From Gemmatimonadota bacterium (lineage in GTDB: Bacteria; Gemmatimonadota; Gemmatimonadetes; Gemmatimonadales; GWC2-71-9), in contig QKDC01000094.1 in assembly GCA_003246755.1 (NCBI GenBank), forward strand, positions 11,139-75,138: 64,000 bases of DNA, in the 5' to 3' direction. A program made the position numbers and the translations under genes. Positions 17,685 to 27,161 of the stretch are shown one piece after another. Numbering within the stretch: position 1 is the stretch's first letter; each line of letters starts with the position of its first letter. The notes under the pieces are model-generated. The model ran no database searches and was not told where the DNA came from. It worked only from the letters and a program-made list of their open reading frames with translations.

Positions 17685-19835
17685 ATGGTCCATCGTCTGA
17701 CTCGCCGATTCCTCGTCGTCACCCTGATCGCTTACGGAGCGACACTCCCCCTCGCGGCCCAGGAACTCCGTTACCCGGTGGCGACCAAGGTCGGCCACGT
17801 CGACGACTACTTCGGGACCAAGGTGTCCGATCCGTACCGGTGGATGGAGGACGACACCGCGTCGGCAGTGCGCGAGTGGGTTGAGGCCGAGAACGCGGTG
17901 ACCTTCGCGTATCTGGATCGGATCTCCTTCCGAGCCAACCTGAGGGCCCGTCTCGAGGAGTTGTACAACTACCCACGCTACGGCGCCCCATCCAGACGGG
18001 CGGGCTACTACCTGTTTTCGAAGAACGACGGTCTCCAAAATCAGTCCGTCCTGTATATCCAGCGGGGCCCTGACGGCGCTCCCGAGGTCCTGATCGATCC
18101 CAATACGCTTTCCACAGACGGGACCGTACGCCTGGGCGCGGCGGCCCTCTCACAGAACGGCAAGTACTTCGCCTATGGCCTATCGCAGGGGGGGTCCGAC
18201 TGGCAAGAGTACCGTGTCATGGAGACTGCGACGCGGCGGCCACTGCCCGACCGGATACGTTGGGTGAAGGTCTCCGGCCTGAGTTGGTACCGAGACGGTT
18301 TCTTCTACAGCCGGTATCCGGCGCCCGATGACACCACCAAGGCATTGTCGGGATCCAACGAGGGCCACCAGGTCTACTACCACCAGGTCGGTACTCCCCA
18401 AAGCCGGGATCGACTCGTCTTCGAGGACCCTGCTCATCCCAAACGGTTTCACACGGTCAGTGTCACTGAAGACGAGCGATACCTCCTACTCACGATTTCA
18501 GACCGGACAGTAGCCGGCAACATCGGAAACGCCCTCTATGTCCAGGACCTCTCTGCTGGCGAGAGCGGATTCAGACCGGTCATCACCGCGTTCACAGACA
18601 GCTACTCCGTCATCGACAATGTGGGGCAAAAGCTCCTGGTCGAGACCAACAACAATGCTCCGAACTCCCGGGTGGTCGAGATCGATCCTGCCGACCCCCG
18701 GGAGAGTCAGTGGCGCGAGATCATCCCCGAACAGCCCGAACCGCTGAGCGCTATTTCCTCCGCGGGAGGCAAGCTGTTCGCGACCTACATGAAGGATGTG
18801 ACACACCGGGTGTACGTTCATGATCTCGACGGTCGACGCGAGCGCGAAATCGAGCTGCCCTCGTTGGGCCGCGCCGGCGGCTTCGGTGGACGCGCCGGCG
18901 ATAGCGACGTGTTCTACACCTTCTTCTCGTTCACCGTCCCACCAACGATCTACCGATACGATATCGCGTCGGGAGAGTCATCCGTGTTCCGCAAGACCGA
19001 GGTGCCCTTCAACCCCGGCGACTACACCACCGAGCAGGTCTTCTACCGAAGCAAAGATGGTACGCGCGTCCCCATGTTCCTGGTGCACAGGAAGGAACTG
19101 GTGCGCGACGGACAGCGACCGACGCTCCTCTACGCCTATGGTGGGTTCAACATCACACAGGGCCCGAGCTTCAACCCACTCCGTATCGCCCTGCTGGAGC
19201 AGGGTGGGGTCTTCGCCCTCGCCAACCTTCGTGGAGGAGGGGAGTATGGTGAGGAGTGGCACCAGGGCGGGATGCTACTCAACAAGCAAAACGTATTTGA
19301 TGATTTCATCGCCGCCGCGGAATGGCTGCAGGGCAACGGCTGGACCTCGAAGGAGCGATGCGCAATCCAAGGGGGATCGAACGGTGGCCTGCTCGTCGGA
19401 GCGGTGATGACTCAACGCCCCGATCTCTGCAAGGTGGCGCTTCCGGCGGTGGGCGTGATGGACATGCTGCGCTACCACAAGTTCACCATCGGATGGAACT
19501 GGGCTGCGGAATACGGGTCGAGCGATGATCCGACCCAGATCGAAAACCTGCTGTCCTACTCACCCCTCCACAATCTCAAGGACGGAACCAGCTACCCGGC
19601 AACCCTTGTCACGACGGCAGATCATGATGATCGGGTGGTCCCGGCGCACTCATTCAAGTTTGCCGCCACCCTGCAGGAGAAACATCGCGGACCGAACCCC
19701 GTGTTGATTCGGATCGAGACCCGCTCGGGTCATGGGGCGGTCAGCACTTCGAAGCGCCTCGATGAGACTGCCGACCTCTACGCGTTCATGCTCTTCAACA
19801 TGGGTATCACGCCCTCGTACCCACTGACACCATGA
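17685..19835 (+). CDS. prolyl oligopeptidase (S9A)
   Basis: Signal-bearing start MVHRLTRRFLVVTLIAYGATLPLAAQ. Catalytic GGSNGGLLVG (Ser), ADHDDRVVPAHS (Asp) and GHG (His). Confidence 0.9.
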   Translation: MVHRLTRRFLVVTLIAYGATLPLAAQELRYPVATKVGHVDDYFGTKVSDPYRWMEDDTASAVREWVEAENAVTFAYLDRISFRANLRARLEELYNYPRYGAPSRRAGYYLFSKNDGLQNQSVLYIQRGPDGAPEVLIDPNTLSTDGTVRLGAAALSQNGKYFAYGLSQGGSDWQEYRVMETATRRPLPDRIRWVKVSGLSWYRDGFFYSRYPAPDDTTKALSGSNEGHQVYYHQVGTPQSRDRLVFEDPAHPKRFHTVSVTEDERYLLLTISDRTVAGNIGNALYVQDLSAGESGFRPVITAFTDSYSVIDNVGQKLLVETNNNAPNSRVVEIDPADPRESQWREIIPEQPEPLSAISSAGGKLFATYMKDVTHRVYVHDLDGRREREIELPSLGRAGGFGGRAGDSDVFYTFFSFTVPPTIYRYDIASGESSVFRKTEVPFNPGDYTTEQVFYRSKDGTRVPMFLVHRKELVRDGQRPTLLYAYGGFNITQGPSFNPLRIALLEQGGVFALANLRGGGEYGEEWHQGGMLLNKQNVFDDFIAAAEWLQGNGWTSKERCAIQGGSNGGLLVGAVMTQRPDLCKVALPAVGVMDMLRYHKFTIGWNWAAEYGSSDDPTQIENLLSYSPLHNLKDGTSYPATLVTTADHDDRVVPAHSFKFAATLQEKHRGPNPVLIRIETRSGHGAVSTSKRLDETADLYAFMLFNMGITPSYPLTP

Positions 19836-21136
19836 AGTCCTTCTTCGCCCTCGTCGCATGTCTCGCCAGTTCTCCGCTCGTCGCGCAGGACCGTGACTTG
19901 CAGTTGGATTCGTTCGATGCGGCGTGGCGCCTGGTCCATGAGACACACTTCGACACGACCTTCAACGGGGTCGACTGGCCCGCCGTGCGGGATCAGCTTC
20001 GACCGCGTGCGGTTGGCGCCAGCCAGGACACGATACGGCAATTGATTCAGGAGATGGTTGGGAGGCTCGGTCAATCCCACTTCGCCCTCATCCCCAAGGA
20101 AATGGCCGACGACCCAAAGGGCGGCAGCGGGTCGGGTACCGCTGGGCTCGATGTGCGACTCATCGATGGTCAAATCGTGGTCACCGACGTCGACCCCAAT
20201 GGCCCGGCTGCGGAAGGTGGGGTGAAAGTGGGGTGGGTCCTGACGTCCGTAGACGATCGGACCGTCGACGATCTCCTGGCGCGTATCGCGGAGCGTAAGA
20301 GCAAGTACTCGGCCCCGTTTCGGGCTGCCGCCTCAGTCGCTGGTTGGTTGCTTGGGGAGCCCGGCAGCACGGTGACGCTCCACTTCCTGGACGCCGAGGA
20401 TCAACCAACGATGCGAACGATCCAGCGCGGACCCGCGCCAGGTGAAATCGTCAAGTTCGGAGATTTCCCGGCCTTTTACGCGCGCTTCGCCGCACGAGAG
20501 GTGCGTGCCGGGTCTGGGCACGCAGTCGGTGTCATCTGGTTCAGCACCTGGATGGTCCCGCTGATGCGACAGGTCGACTCGGCGGTGAACGCGTTCCGCG
20601 ACCTCGATGGGATCGTGCTTGACTTGCGCGGCAATCGGGGGGGGATCGCCGCCATGATCATGGGTGTCGCGGGTCATTTCACCACCCGCAGAGACACGCT
20701 CGGCTTGTTTCGATCGAAGCAGGCCACGCTGGCCTTTGCCGCGAACCCGAGGCGAGTCTCGCCAGATGGTCACCCCGTGGTACCCTTCGCGGGCCCCGTT
20801 GCCATTCTGATCGATGATCTGAGCGCCAGCGCCTCGGAGATCTTCGCGGGCGGGTTGCAGGCCATCCACCGCGCACGGGTCTTCGGCTCGACCTCGCTCG
20901 GTGGAGTCCTTCCGGCCCGGTGGGACAGACTCCCGAATGGCGACTTGTTGTATCATGCCATTGCGGATTTCGTGACGGCGGACGGAACGATTCTCGAGGG
21001 CCGCGGTGTGCTTCCTGACGACCCCATCACCGTCACCCGTAACGACTTACTGAGGGGCAGCGACCCCGTGCTCGAGGCCGCCTTGCGATGGATCGAGGCG
21101 TCGCCCAGGACCACTACCCCAGGAGGTACCCGATGA
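19832..21136 (+). CDS. S41 family peptidase with PDZ-like domain
   Basis: Signal peptide MKSFFALVACLASSPLVAQ. DLRGNRGGI and SASASEIFAG motifs. ATGA overlap with the prolyl oligopeptidase stop. Confidence 0.8.
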   Translation: MKSFFALVACLASSPLVAQDRDLQLDSFDAAWRLVHETHFDTTFNGVDWPAVRDQLRPRAVGASQDTIRQLIQEMVGRLGQSHFALIPKEMADDPKGGSGSGTAGLDVRLIDGQIVVTDVDPNGPAAEGGVKVGWVLTSVDDRTVDDLLARIAERKSKYSAPFRAAASVAGWLLGEPGSTVTLHFLDAEDQPTMRTIQRGPAPGEIVKFGDFPAFYARFAAREVRAGSGHAVGVIWFSTWMVPLMRQVDSAVNAFRDLDGIVLDLRGNRGGIAAMIMGVAGHFTTRRDTLGLFRSKQATLAFAANPRRVSPDGHPVVPFAGPVAILIDDLSASASEIFAGGLQAIHRARVFGSTSLGGVLPARWDRLPNGDLLYHAIADFVTADGTILEGRGVLPDDPITVTRNDLLRGSDPVLEAALRWIEASPRTTTPGGTR

Positions 21137-21885
21137 TCCGCTCGCGATGCCTGCTCGTCATGGCAGGACTGCTCGCCGCCCTGGCGACCACGCTCCCGGC
21201 GCAAGGCACGCCGACGGCAGCCCAGATCCACGACCGGTTCGTGAGGGCGCTTGGGGGGCGCGCTGCCATCGAGGCACAGACGACACGTCACACCTGGGGA
21301 GCGATCGAGATTCCCTCGCAGGGGATGAGGGGCGCCATGGAGGTGTGGGCCGCTGCACCCAACAAGATGCACACTCGAATGGACCTTCCCGGGTTTGGGT
21401 TGAGCCGGACGGGCTTCGACGGCGAAACCGCCTACACCAGCAACCCTGCCATGGGGGCGCAGATTCTCGAAGGCCGGGCGCTCGACCAACTCCGGCAGCA
21501 GGTCGATATGCATGGCGTGTTACACCCGGAGCGATATGTCACCAGCGCCGAAGTCGTCGGGGAAACAGAATTCGAAGGGAAGCGCTGCTACGAACTCAGG
21601 GTGAAGACTACCTGGGACGAGGAATACACCGAGTACTATGACATCGAGACCGGGCTCCTCCATGGGATGTCCCGAAGCCAGGAATCACCGATGGGTGCCA
21701 TCGAGGCGACGACTGTTCTGGAGAACTATCAGAAGCAAGGCGGGATCATGACCCCGATGCTCATCCGGATTCAGGCCATGGGTATCGAACAGATCGTTCG
21801 GACCGACTCGGTATCTGTTGCGCCAATTCCCGATTCCGTCTTTGTGCTGCCCGCCGAAATCAAGGCACTCAAGAAAGGGAGCTAG
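21133..21885 (+). CDS. secreted hypothetical protein (LolA-like / lipoprotein-sorting fold suspected)
   Basis: AGGAGG at 21121 followed by ATG 21133. Signal peptide MIRSRCLLVMAGLLAALATTLPAQG. ATGA overlap with the S41 stop. The fold call is a weak guess. Confidence 0.5.
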   Translation: MIRSRCLLVMAGLLAALATTLPAQGTPTAAQIHDRFVRALGGRAAIEAQTTRHTWGAIEIPSQGMRGAMEVWAAAPNKMHTRMDLPGFGLSRTGFDGETAYTSNPAMGAQILEGRALDQLRQQVDMHGVLHPERYVTSAEVVGETEFEGKRCYELRVKTTWDEEYTEYYDIETGLLHGMSRSQESPMGAIEATTVLENYQKQGGIMTPMLIRIQAMGIEQIVRTDSVSVAPIPDSVFVLPAEIKALKKGS

Positions 21886-21891
21886 GCGCTC

Positions 21892-23415
21892 CTAGCGTGG
21901 GGTGCGAATGACCCGACCGGGTCGCTTGCCGGTCGACCGCCCTCCGTCATACACCAATTCTCCGTTGACCCACACCGACCGGATACCTGCCGCGGTCGCG
22001 TGTGGGTCTTCGAGTGTCGCCCGATCCATGACGCTGTCCGGGTCGAAGAGAACGAGATCGGCGTAGGCCCCTTCCCGGATCACACCCCGTCCCTCGATGC
22101 CCACATTCCGTGCGGCGAGAGACGTCATCTTGCGCACGGCTTCTTCGAGGAGGAGAGCCTTGTCCAGTCCAGTATAGCGGCCGAGGACCCTCGCGAACGC
22201 ACCAAATCCCCGCGGGTGACGACCGTTCAACTCGCCATCCGTACAGATGTTGGCCCAGGGCCAGGCCAGCAGGCGGGAGACATCATCCTCCACCATACTG
22301 GTGGCGATCACACTTTCGCCCAAGCCTGTAGCACTGCCATCGGTTTCCTGGATCAAGGCCATGAGTGTGGTGGCCGGATCGGTCCCCCGCCTCCGCGCGA
22401 TGTCGGCAAGCGTCATCCCGACGTAGCTCGAATCAGGGTCGAAACGACTCATCACCAGAGCGTCTGGCTGTGCGAGTTCGTCGAGTGCGAACTGGGCGGC
22501 GGCGCGATCGGTGTAATCGCGCCCTGGAAAGAGCACCGTCAAGGTGGACTGCCAGTAGGTGTACGGATAGATGTCCGCGGTGATCTGTATTCCCTCGGCT
22601 CGGGCTCTGTCGAGCACGGCCATGAGACTATCCGCCTGATTCCAGAGACCACGCATCGCCAGCTTGAGATGAGACACTTGCACCGGAATTCCAGCCTCTC
22701 GACCGAGCCGGATGATTTCGTCCAGCGCTTCCCAAAAAGAGCGGTCTTCACTCCGGATGTGACTGATGTACCGGCCTCCCTCTGCGGAGACCGTCTGTGT
22801 CAGGGAGAGCAATTCTGCGTAGTCGGCGTAGATCCCGGGGTCGTACTCCAGTCCGGTCGAGAGCCCCAACGCACCGGCATCGAGTGCCTGATAGAGCAGG
22901 GTCCGCATGCTGTCGACCTCTGCCCTCGTGGCTGGCCGTTGATAACCGTCTCCCATTACCAACCGGCGTAGCGTCCCGTGACCGACGTATGAGGCCACAT
23001 TGACGGCTGCGGGGGCAGAGTCGAGGCCCTCGAAGAAGTCCCCAAGCGGGTAGGGTGACCCCCCGTCCTGCCCGACGACGATGGTGGTGACCCCCTGACT
23101 GACGGCGGCGAGCGCGTCGGATCGTCGGGCAAGATCACGATCCGCATGGCTGTGGGTGTCGATGAACCCCGGTGCGAGTACCAAACCGGTCCCATCGAAG
23201 AACCAGTCTCCAGCACCGGGTACCAAGTCTCCGACCTCCACGATCCGATCCCCCACGATCCGGATGGAAACCAGCTCCCCGGGGTTCCCGGAACCATCAA
23301 GAACCGTGGCTCCGGCGATGACGGTGGCCAACGGAGGTGGCTCCGAGGAGCAACTCAGCCCGGTGAGCGCGATGGTCCAGACGATCGCGACGAAACCTCT
23401 CACGCCGATCTTCAC
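21892..23415 (-). CDS. D-aminoacylase (N-acyl-D-amino-acid deacylase family amidohydrolase)
   Basis: PGFIDTHSHAD, the SHLK region (VQVSHLKLA) and a C-terminal beta-barrel segment typical of D-aminoacylases. 4-nt overlap with the upstream gene. Confidence 0.85.
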   Translation of the reverse strand: MKIGVRGFVAIVWTIALTGLSCSSEPPPLATVIAGATVLDGSGNPGELVSIRIVGDRIVEVGDLVPGAGDWFFDGTGLVLAPGFIDTHSHADRDLARRSDALAAVSQGVTTIVVGQDGGSPYPLGDFFEGLDSAPAAVNVASYVGHGTLRRLVMGDGYQRPATRAEVDSMRTLLYQALDAGALGLSTGLEYDPGIYADYAELLSLTQTVSAEGGRYISHIRSEDRSFWEALDEIIRLGREAGIPVQVSHLKLAMRGLWNQADSLMAVLDRARAEGIQITADIYPYTYWQSTLTVLFPGRDYTDRAAAQFALDELAQPDALVMSRFDPDSSYVGMTLADIARRRGTDPATTLMALIQETDGSATGLGESVIATSMVEDDVSRLLAWPWANICTDGELNGRHPRGFGAFARVLGRYTGLDKALLLEEAVRKMTSLAARNVGIEGRGVIREGAYADLVLFDPDSVMDRATLEDPHATAAGIRSVWVNGELVYDGGRSTGKRPGRVIRTPR

Positions 23416-24743
23416 CGCTCCCCAGCGAGGAAATCGAGGGTCAGAGCGACGAGTGCGCGGACCCCAACCGGGAGTGCTGCCTCGTCGGCGAAAAACAACG
23501 GAGAGTGATTTCGGGGCACCGTCTCCAAATCCACACCATCCGGAGTAATCCCCAGGAAAAAGAAGAACCCGGGAACCAATTGCTGATAGAGGGCGAAGTC
23601 CTCGGCGGGCGTGGAGAGGGGTGAGGTCCGGAGCTTGTCACCCACCACTCGCCGGAGCGTAGGCAACATTTTTTCGGTGAGGGCGGGATCGTTGAAGGTC
23701 ACCGGGTTACCATCCCTCCCGAAATCAACCGTCGCTGTGGCACCCGCACTCTGGGCGATCGAGGTGACCGTCCTCCGAATCCGGTCCTTGATGTCTGCGC
23801 GCATTCCTTCGTCGAAGGACCGCACCGTCCCCTCCATCACGACACTGTCGGGGATGATGTTGCCCCGGTTCCCCCCCTGGATCATGCCGACCGTGATGAT
23901 CGCCGGCACATTGGTGACCTCGATCTGACGGCTGGCAATGGTCTGCAATCCCAAAACGATCTGCGAACTGACAACGATTGGATCGACGCCTCCCCAGGGG
24001 AGTGCCCCGTGGGTTTGTTTCCCTTTCACCACGATGCTGAGTCGGTCCGAGGCTGCCATCAATGGCCCGGAGCGATACCCGATCGTCCCGACGCGTTCCG
24101 GCCAGACGTGTAACCCGAAGATGGCCTCTGGCGCCGGGTTCTCCAGCACTCCCTCTCGGATCATCAATCCAGCGCCGCCTGCTTCTCCCACGGGCGCCCC
24201 CTCCTCCGCAGGCTGGAAAATGAATTTCACCGTTCCCGGGATGTCGTCACGCATTCCCGCCAGCAATTCGGCAACCCCCATCAGAATGGCAACGTGATTG
24301 TCGTGCCCACAGGCGTGCATCACGCCCACGTCCTGCCCGTTGTACGCCGTGCGCACCGTGGACCTGAAGGGAAGATCGACTAACTCGGTGACCGGGAGCC
24401 CATCCATGTCGGCACGGAGGGCGACGGTTGGCCCGGGACGTCCGCCGGAAAGCACCCCGACGACACCGGTGTGGGCCACGCCAGTCCGGACCTCCATCCC
24501 CAGAGCGGTCAAGTGCCGCGCGACGAGTTCGGCCGTCCGAAATTCGCGATTGGACAGCTCTGGGTGTTGATGAATGTCTCGGCGCCACCTGATGACTTTG
24601 GGCATGACCGCCTCGATGCGGCGATCGAGATCGGCCGAGCGCGACGACACGGTGGATTCCTGGGCGGACAGGCGGAGGGGCACCGACCACGCGATGACCA
24701 CCAGCAGGAGGAGCGCGAGCCAGCACAGGCGAAGGACTTTCAT
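23412..24743 (-). CDS. M20D family amidohydrolase (N-acyl-L-amino acid amidohydrolase / hippuricase-like)
   Basis: Signal-bearing start MKVLRLCWLALLLLVVIAW. MHACGHDNH, FQPAEEG and GKQTHGA motifs. Confidence 0.85.
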   Translation of the reverse strand: MKVLRLCWLALLLLVVIAWSVPLRLSAQESTVSSRSADLDRRIEAVMPKVIRWRRDIHQHPELSNREFRTAELVARHLTALGMEVRTGVAHTGVVGVLSGGRPGPTVALRADMDGLPVTELVDLPFRSTVRTAYNGQDVGVMHACGHDNHVAILMGVAELLAGMRDDIPGTVKFIFQPAEEGAPVGEAGGAGLMIREGVLENPAPEAIFGLHVWPERVGTIGYRSGPLMAASDRLSIVVKGKQTHGALPWGGVDPIVVSSQIVLGLQTIASRQIEVTNVPAIITVGMIQGGNRGNIIPDSVVMEGTVRSFDEGMRADIKDRIRRTVTSIAQSAGATATVDFGRDGNPVTFNDPALTEKMLPTLRRVVGDKLRTSPLSTPAEDFALYQQLVPGFFFFLGITPDGVDLETVPRNHSPLFFADEAALPVGVRALVALTLDFLAGER

Positions 24744-24796
24744 GGTCGTTCTCTCGGTGATGACGGCTTGACGAGCCGACGGCGATTGTCTGGGAA

Positions 24797-25774
24797 TCAG
24801 CAGAGGACCCGTCGCAAGGTCTCCACGCCGGCGTTGCCCCCACACAGCACGACTACGATGACTCCCCCGGGGAATTCGGATGCCAGCTTCTGGGCCGACG
24901 CGAGGGCGACCCCTGCTGAACCCTCGATCAACTGGTGCTCTTCATCCAGACCGATCCGCATCGAAGCGGCGATCTCCTTTTCCTCGACGAGAACCCAACG
25001 ATCGATCAGCGCCCGGCAGAGCGGGAAGGTGATGGCATCCTTTTCCACCCCCCCTGCGGTTCCGTCAGAAAGCGTCGGCGCGGAGGGGAGCTTGAGCAGG
25101 AGACCCGCCTTCACCGATTCATGCATGACCGGCGATGCCGCGGGTGAACACCCCACGACCATGACCTCACGACCCACCGCCTTGAGATACCCCGCTGTTC
25201 CCGCAGCAAGCCCACCACCACCAATTGCGATGAACAACGCATCGATGCGATCGATTTGACGGGATAGCTCTGCTCCAACGGTACCCTGACCGGCAACGAC
25301 TTGAGGGTCGTTATAGGGGGAAAGGTAGAGCAACCCTCCCTTGTCCGCCTGGGCACGAGCTTCCCGTTCGGCGTCGAGACCATCATCGCCATAGACCTCG
25401 ATCGAGGCGCCCCAGGAGCGGATCGCTGCGACCTTGACCTCGCTCGCGTTGTTCGGGACGAAGACCGTACAAGGAATGTTGAGTTGCTTCGCAGCGTAGG
25501 CAGTGGCAGCCCCATGGTTGCCAGTCGAGGCCGCCAACACTCCGAGGGCACGCTGGCTCACGGGCGTGGTCAGCAACCGGTTCATCGCGCCACGAGCCTT
25601 GAACGAACCGGTGACCTGGGTGTTCTCGAGCTTGAGGTAGACCTCGGCCCCCCATGCTTGACTCAAACTCGGAGCGTGGGCCAACGGTGTTTCCCAGACG
25701 TAGGGGCGGATCCGAAGATCGGCCGACTCGACGTCTTCGCGGATCCGGTAGAGCAGATCGCTTGGGGATGGCAT
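24797..25774 (-). CDS. PLP-dependent serine/threonine dehydratase (or racemase)-like enzyme
   Basis: KLENTQVTGSFKARGAMN (PLP lysine), AASTGNHGAA, and the glycine loop AIGGGGLAAG. Start set at MPSPSDLLYRI (ATG 25774). Confidence 0.85.
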   Translation of the reverse strand: MPSPSDLLYRIREDVESADLRIRPYVWETPLAHAPSLSQAWGAEVYLKLENTQVTGSFKARGAMNRLLTTPVSQRALGVLAASTGNHGAATAYAAKQLNIPCTVFVPNNASEVKVAAIRSWGASIEVYGDDGLDAEREARAQADKGGLLYLSPYNDPQVVAGQGTVGAELSRQIDRIDALFIAIGGGGLAAGTAGYLKAVGREVMVVGCSPAASPVMHESVKAGLLLKLPSAPTLSDGTAGGVEKDAITFPLCRALIDRWVLVEEKEIAASMRIGLDEEHQLIEGSAGVALASAQKLASEFPGGVIVVVLCGGNAGVETLRRVLC

Positions 25775-25817
25775 GGCGGAAGTTATCGCGGGCCCGTTCG
25801 CGGAGCGAGGGCGTGGA

Positions 25818-26219
25818 TCAGCCGGGTGCTTGGAAGCGCAGCGATGCGGAATTGATGCAGTATCGCAGTCCAGTGGGGGCCGGACCGTCGTCGAAGACGT
25901 GACCGAGGTGAGCATCACACTTGGCACAGCGAACTTCGGTGCGAATCATTCCATGCGAACGGTCCGGCAATTCCAGGATTGCCTCAGCCCGTACGGGTTT
26001 GGTGTAACTGGGCCAACCGCAGCCCGCATCGAACTTGGACTCGGAATCGAAGAGTGTCTCGCCGCAGCAAACACAGAGATAGGTTCCAGGATCGTCACAG
26101 TCCCAATAGGCTCCGGTAAAGGCACGCTCCGTGCCTCCCTGCCGACAGATCCGGAACTGTTCAGGGCTGAGCTTCTTGGCCCATTCCTCGTCAGGATGCC
26201 GCGGGGATTCGTCCGTCAA
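25818..26219 (-). CDS. msrB: peptide-methionine (R)-S-oxide reductase
   Basis: Two CxxC Zn pairs (CVCCGE..., [12 protein letters not shown]), GCGWPS, and a catalytic Cys context near the C-terminus (RYCINS). Confidence 0.92.
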   Translation of the reverse strand: MTDESPRHPDEEWAKKLSPEQFRICRQGGTERAFTGAYWDCDDPGTYLCVCCGETLFDSESKFDAGCGWPSYTKPVRAEAILELPDRSHGMIRTEVRCAKCDAHLGHVFDDGPAPTGLRYCINSASLRFQAPG

Positions 26220-26617
26220 ATCAGCCCCGATGCCACGGCCCGGACAATATCGGACTGCGAGATGATTCCCAGAAGACGATGGTCCTCGACGACCAGCAGT
26301 CGATGGACATCGAGATACAACATCTCCTGAGCCGCCAATTTGATGTCTTCGTCAGGGTCGATCGTCTTGGGAACCCTGGTCATGATCTCTGCGGTACGGG
26401 TGTGTCGTACCACATTGTCGAGGGCCTCCCCTTCACTCTCCGCTTCGGCGGCAAGGATGTCCGTGCTCGAGATCACCCCGACCAGCTGGCCCGTCGAATT
26501 CACCACCGGCAGGGCGGAAACGTGACCATCCGCGAGCATCACGATGGCCTCCGACACCAAGGCATCGTCAGCAATCGTCCGGACATCGGATTGCATCAAC
26601 TCTCTGACGCTCGGCAT
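26216..26617 (-). CDS. CBS-pair domain protein
   Basis: Two CBS repeats ([12 protein letters not shown]...[21 protein letters not shown]; [11 protein letters not shown]...[20 protein letters not shown]). 4-nt overlap with the msrB start. Confidence 0.85.
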   Translation of the reverse strand: MPSVRELMQSDVRTIADDALVSEAIVMLADGHVSALPVVNSTGQLVGVISSTDILAAEAESEGEALDNVVRHTRTAEIMTRVPKTIDPDEDIKLAAQEMLYLDVHRLLVVEDHRLLGIISQSDIVRAVASGLI

Positions 26618-26721
26618 AACGTCCTCCCGCGTAGGGCGGGCCCCAGCACCCGCTTCATTGAAGCAAATCCAGTTCGAATGAACCCCGGATGAGCGCCGTG
26701 TGAAGCCCGTCTTAGGTCCAA

Positions 26722-27102
26722 CTACCCCCCACCGTCAGTTCCCGGGACGTCCGAAGCGATCGTGAAGTTGAACCCATCCGGGTCTTCGTAGAGCCCCATG
26801 CGAACCCCGAGTCTGGTTTCAGGGGGAGACACGCAGCGCACCGATGCCTGGGACAGTCTCCCGTGAACCACGTCGACATCGTCAACATGAAACCCGAGGC
26901 GGGGCGATCCTACCTCAGTGGGGTAGTGATGGTGGGGTGCATCGGTGTGACCCTGATGCAGGGTGAAAATGACTCGACCGGCGTCGAGGTCGGCCTGTTC
27001 CCGATCTTCGGTGATGACCCGGAGCCCCAGAAGGTCTCGGTAGAAGCGAATGGAGCGCTCGAGGTCCGATACGAACAAGATGCAATACCGCAGTTCTGTC
27101 AT
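26722..27102 (-). CDS. VOC (glyoxalase/bleomycin-resistance/dioxygenase) family protein
   Basis: ILFVSDLERSIRFYRDLLGL ... GLYEDPDGFNFTI is a typical VOC beta-alpha-beta-beta-beta module. Confidence 0.8.
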   Translation of the reverse strand: MTELRYCILFVSDLERSIRFYRDLLGLRVITEDREQADLDAGRVIFTLHQGHTDAPHHHYPTEVGSPRLGFHVDDVDVVHGRLSQASVRCVSPPETRLGVRMGLYEDPDGFNFTIASDVPGTDGGG

Positions 27103-27161
27103 GGGGCCCGCCTTGTCGGTCTCGGGAGGTTATCCGCTCAGCAGGACCGAGTCAAATCAGC

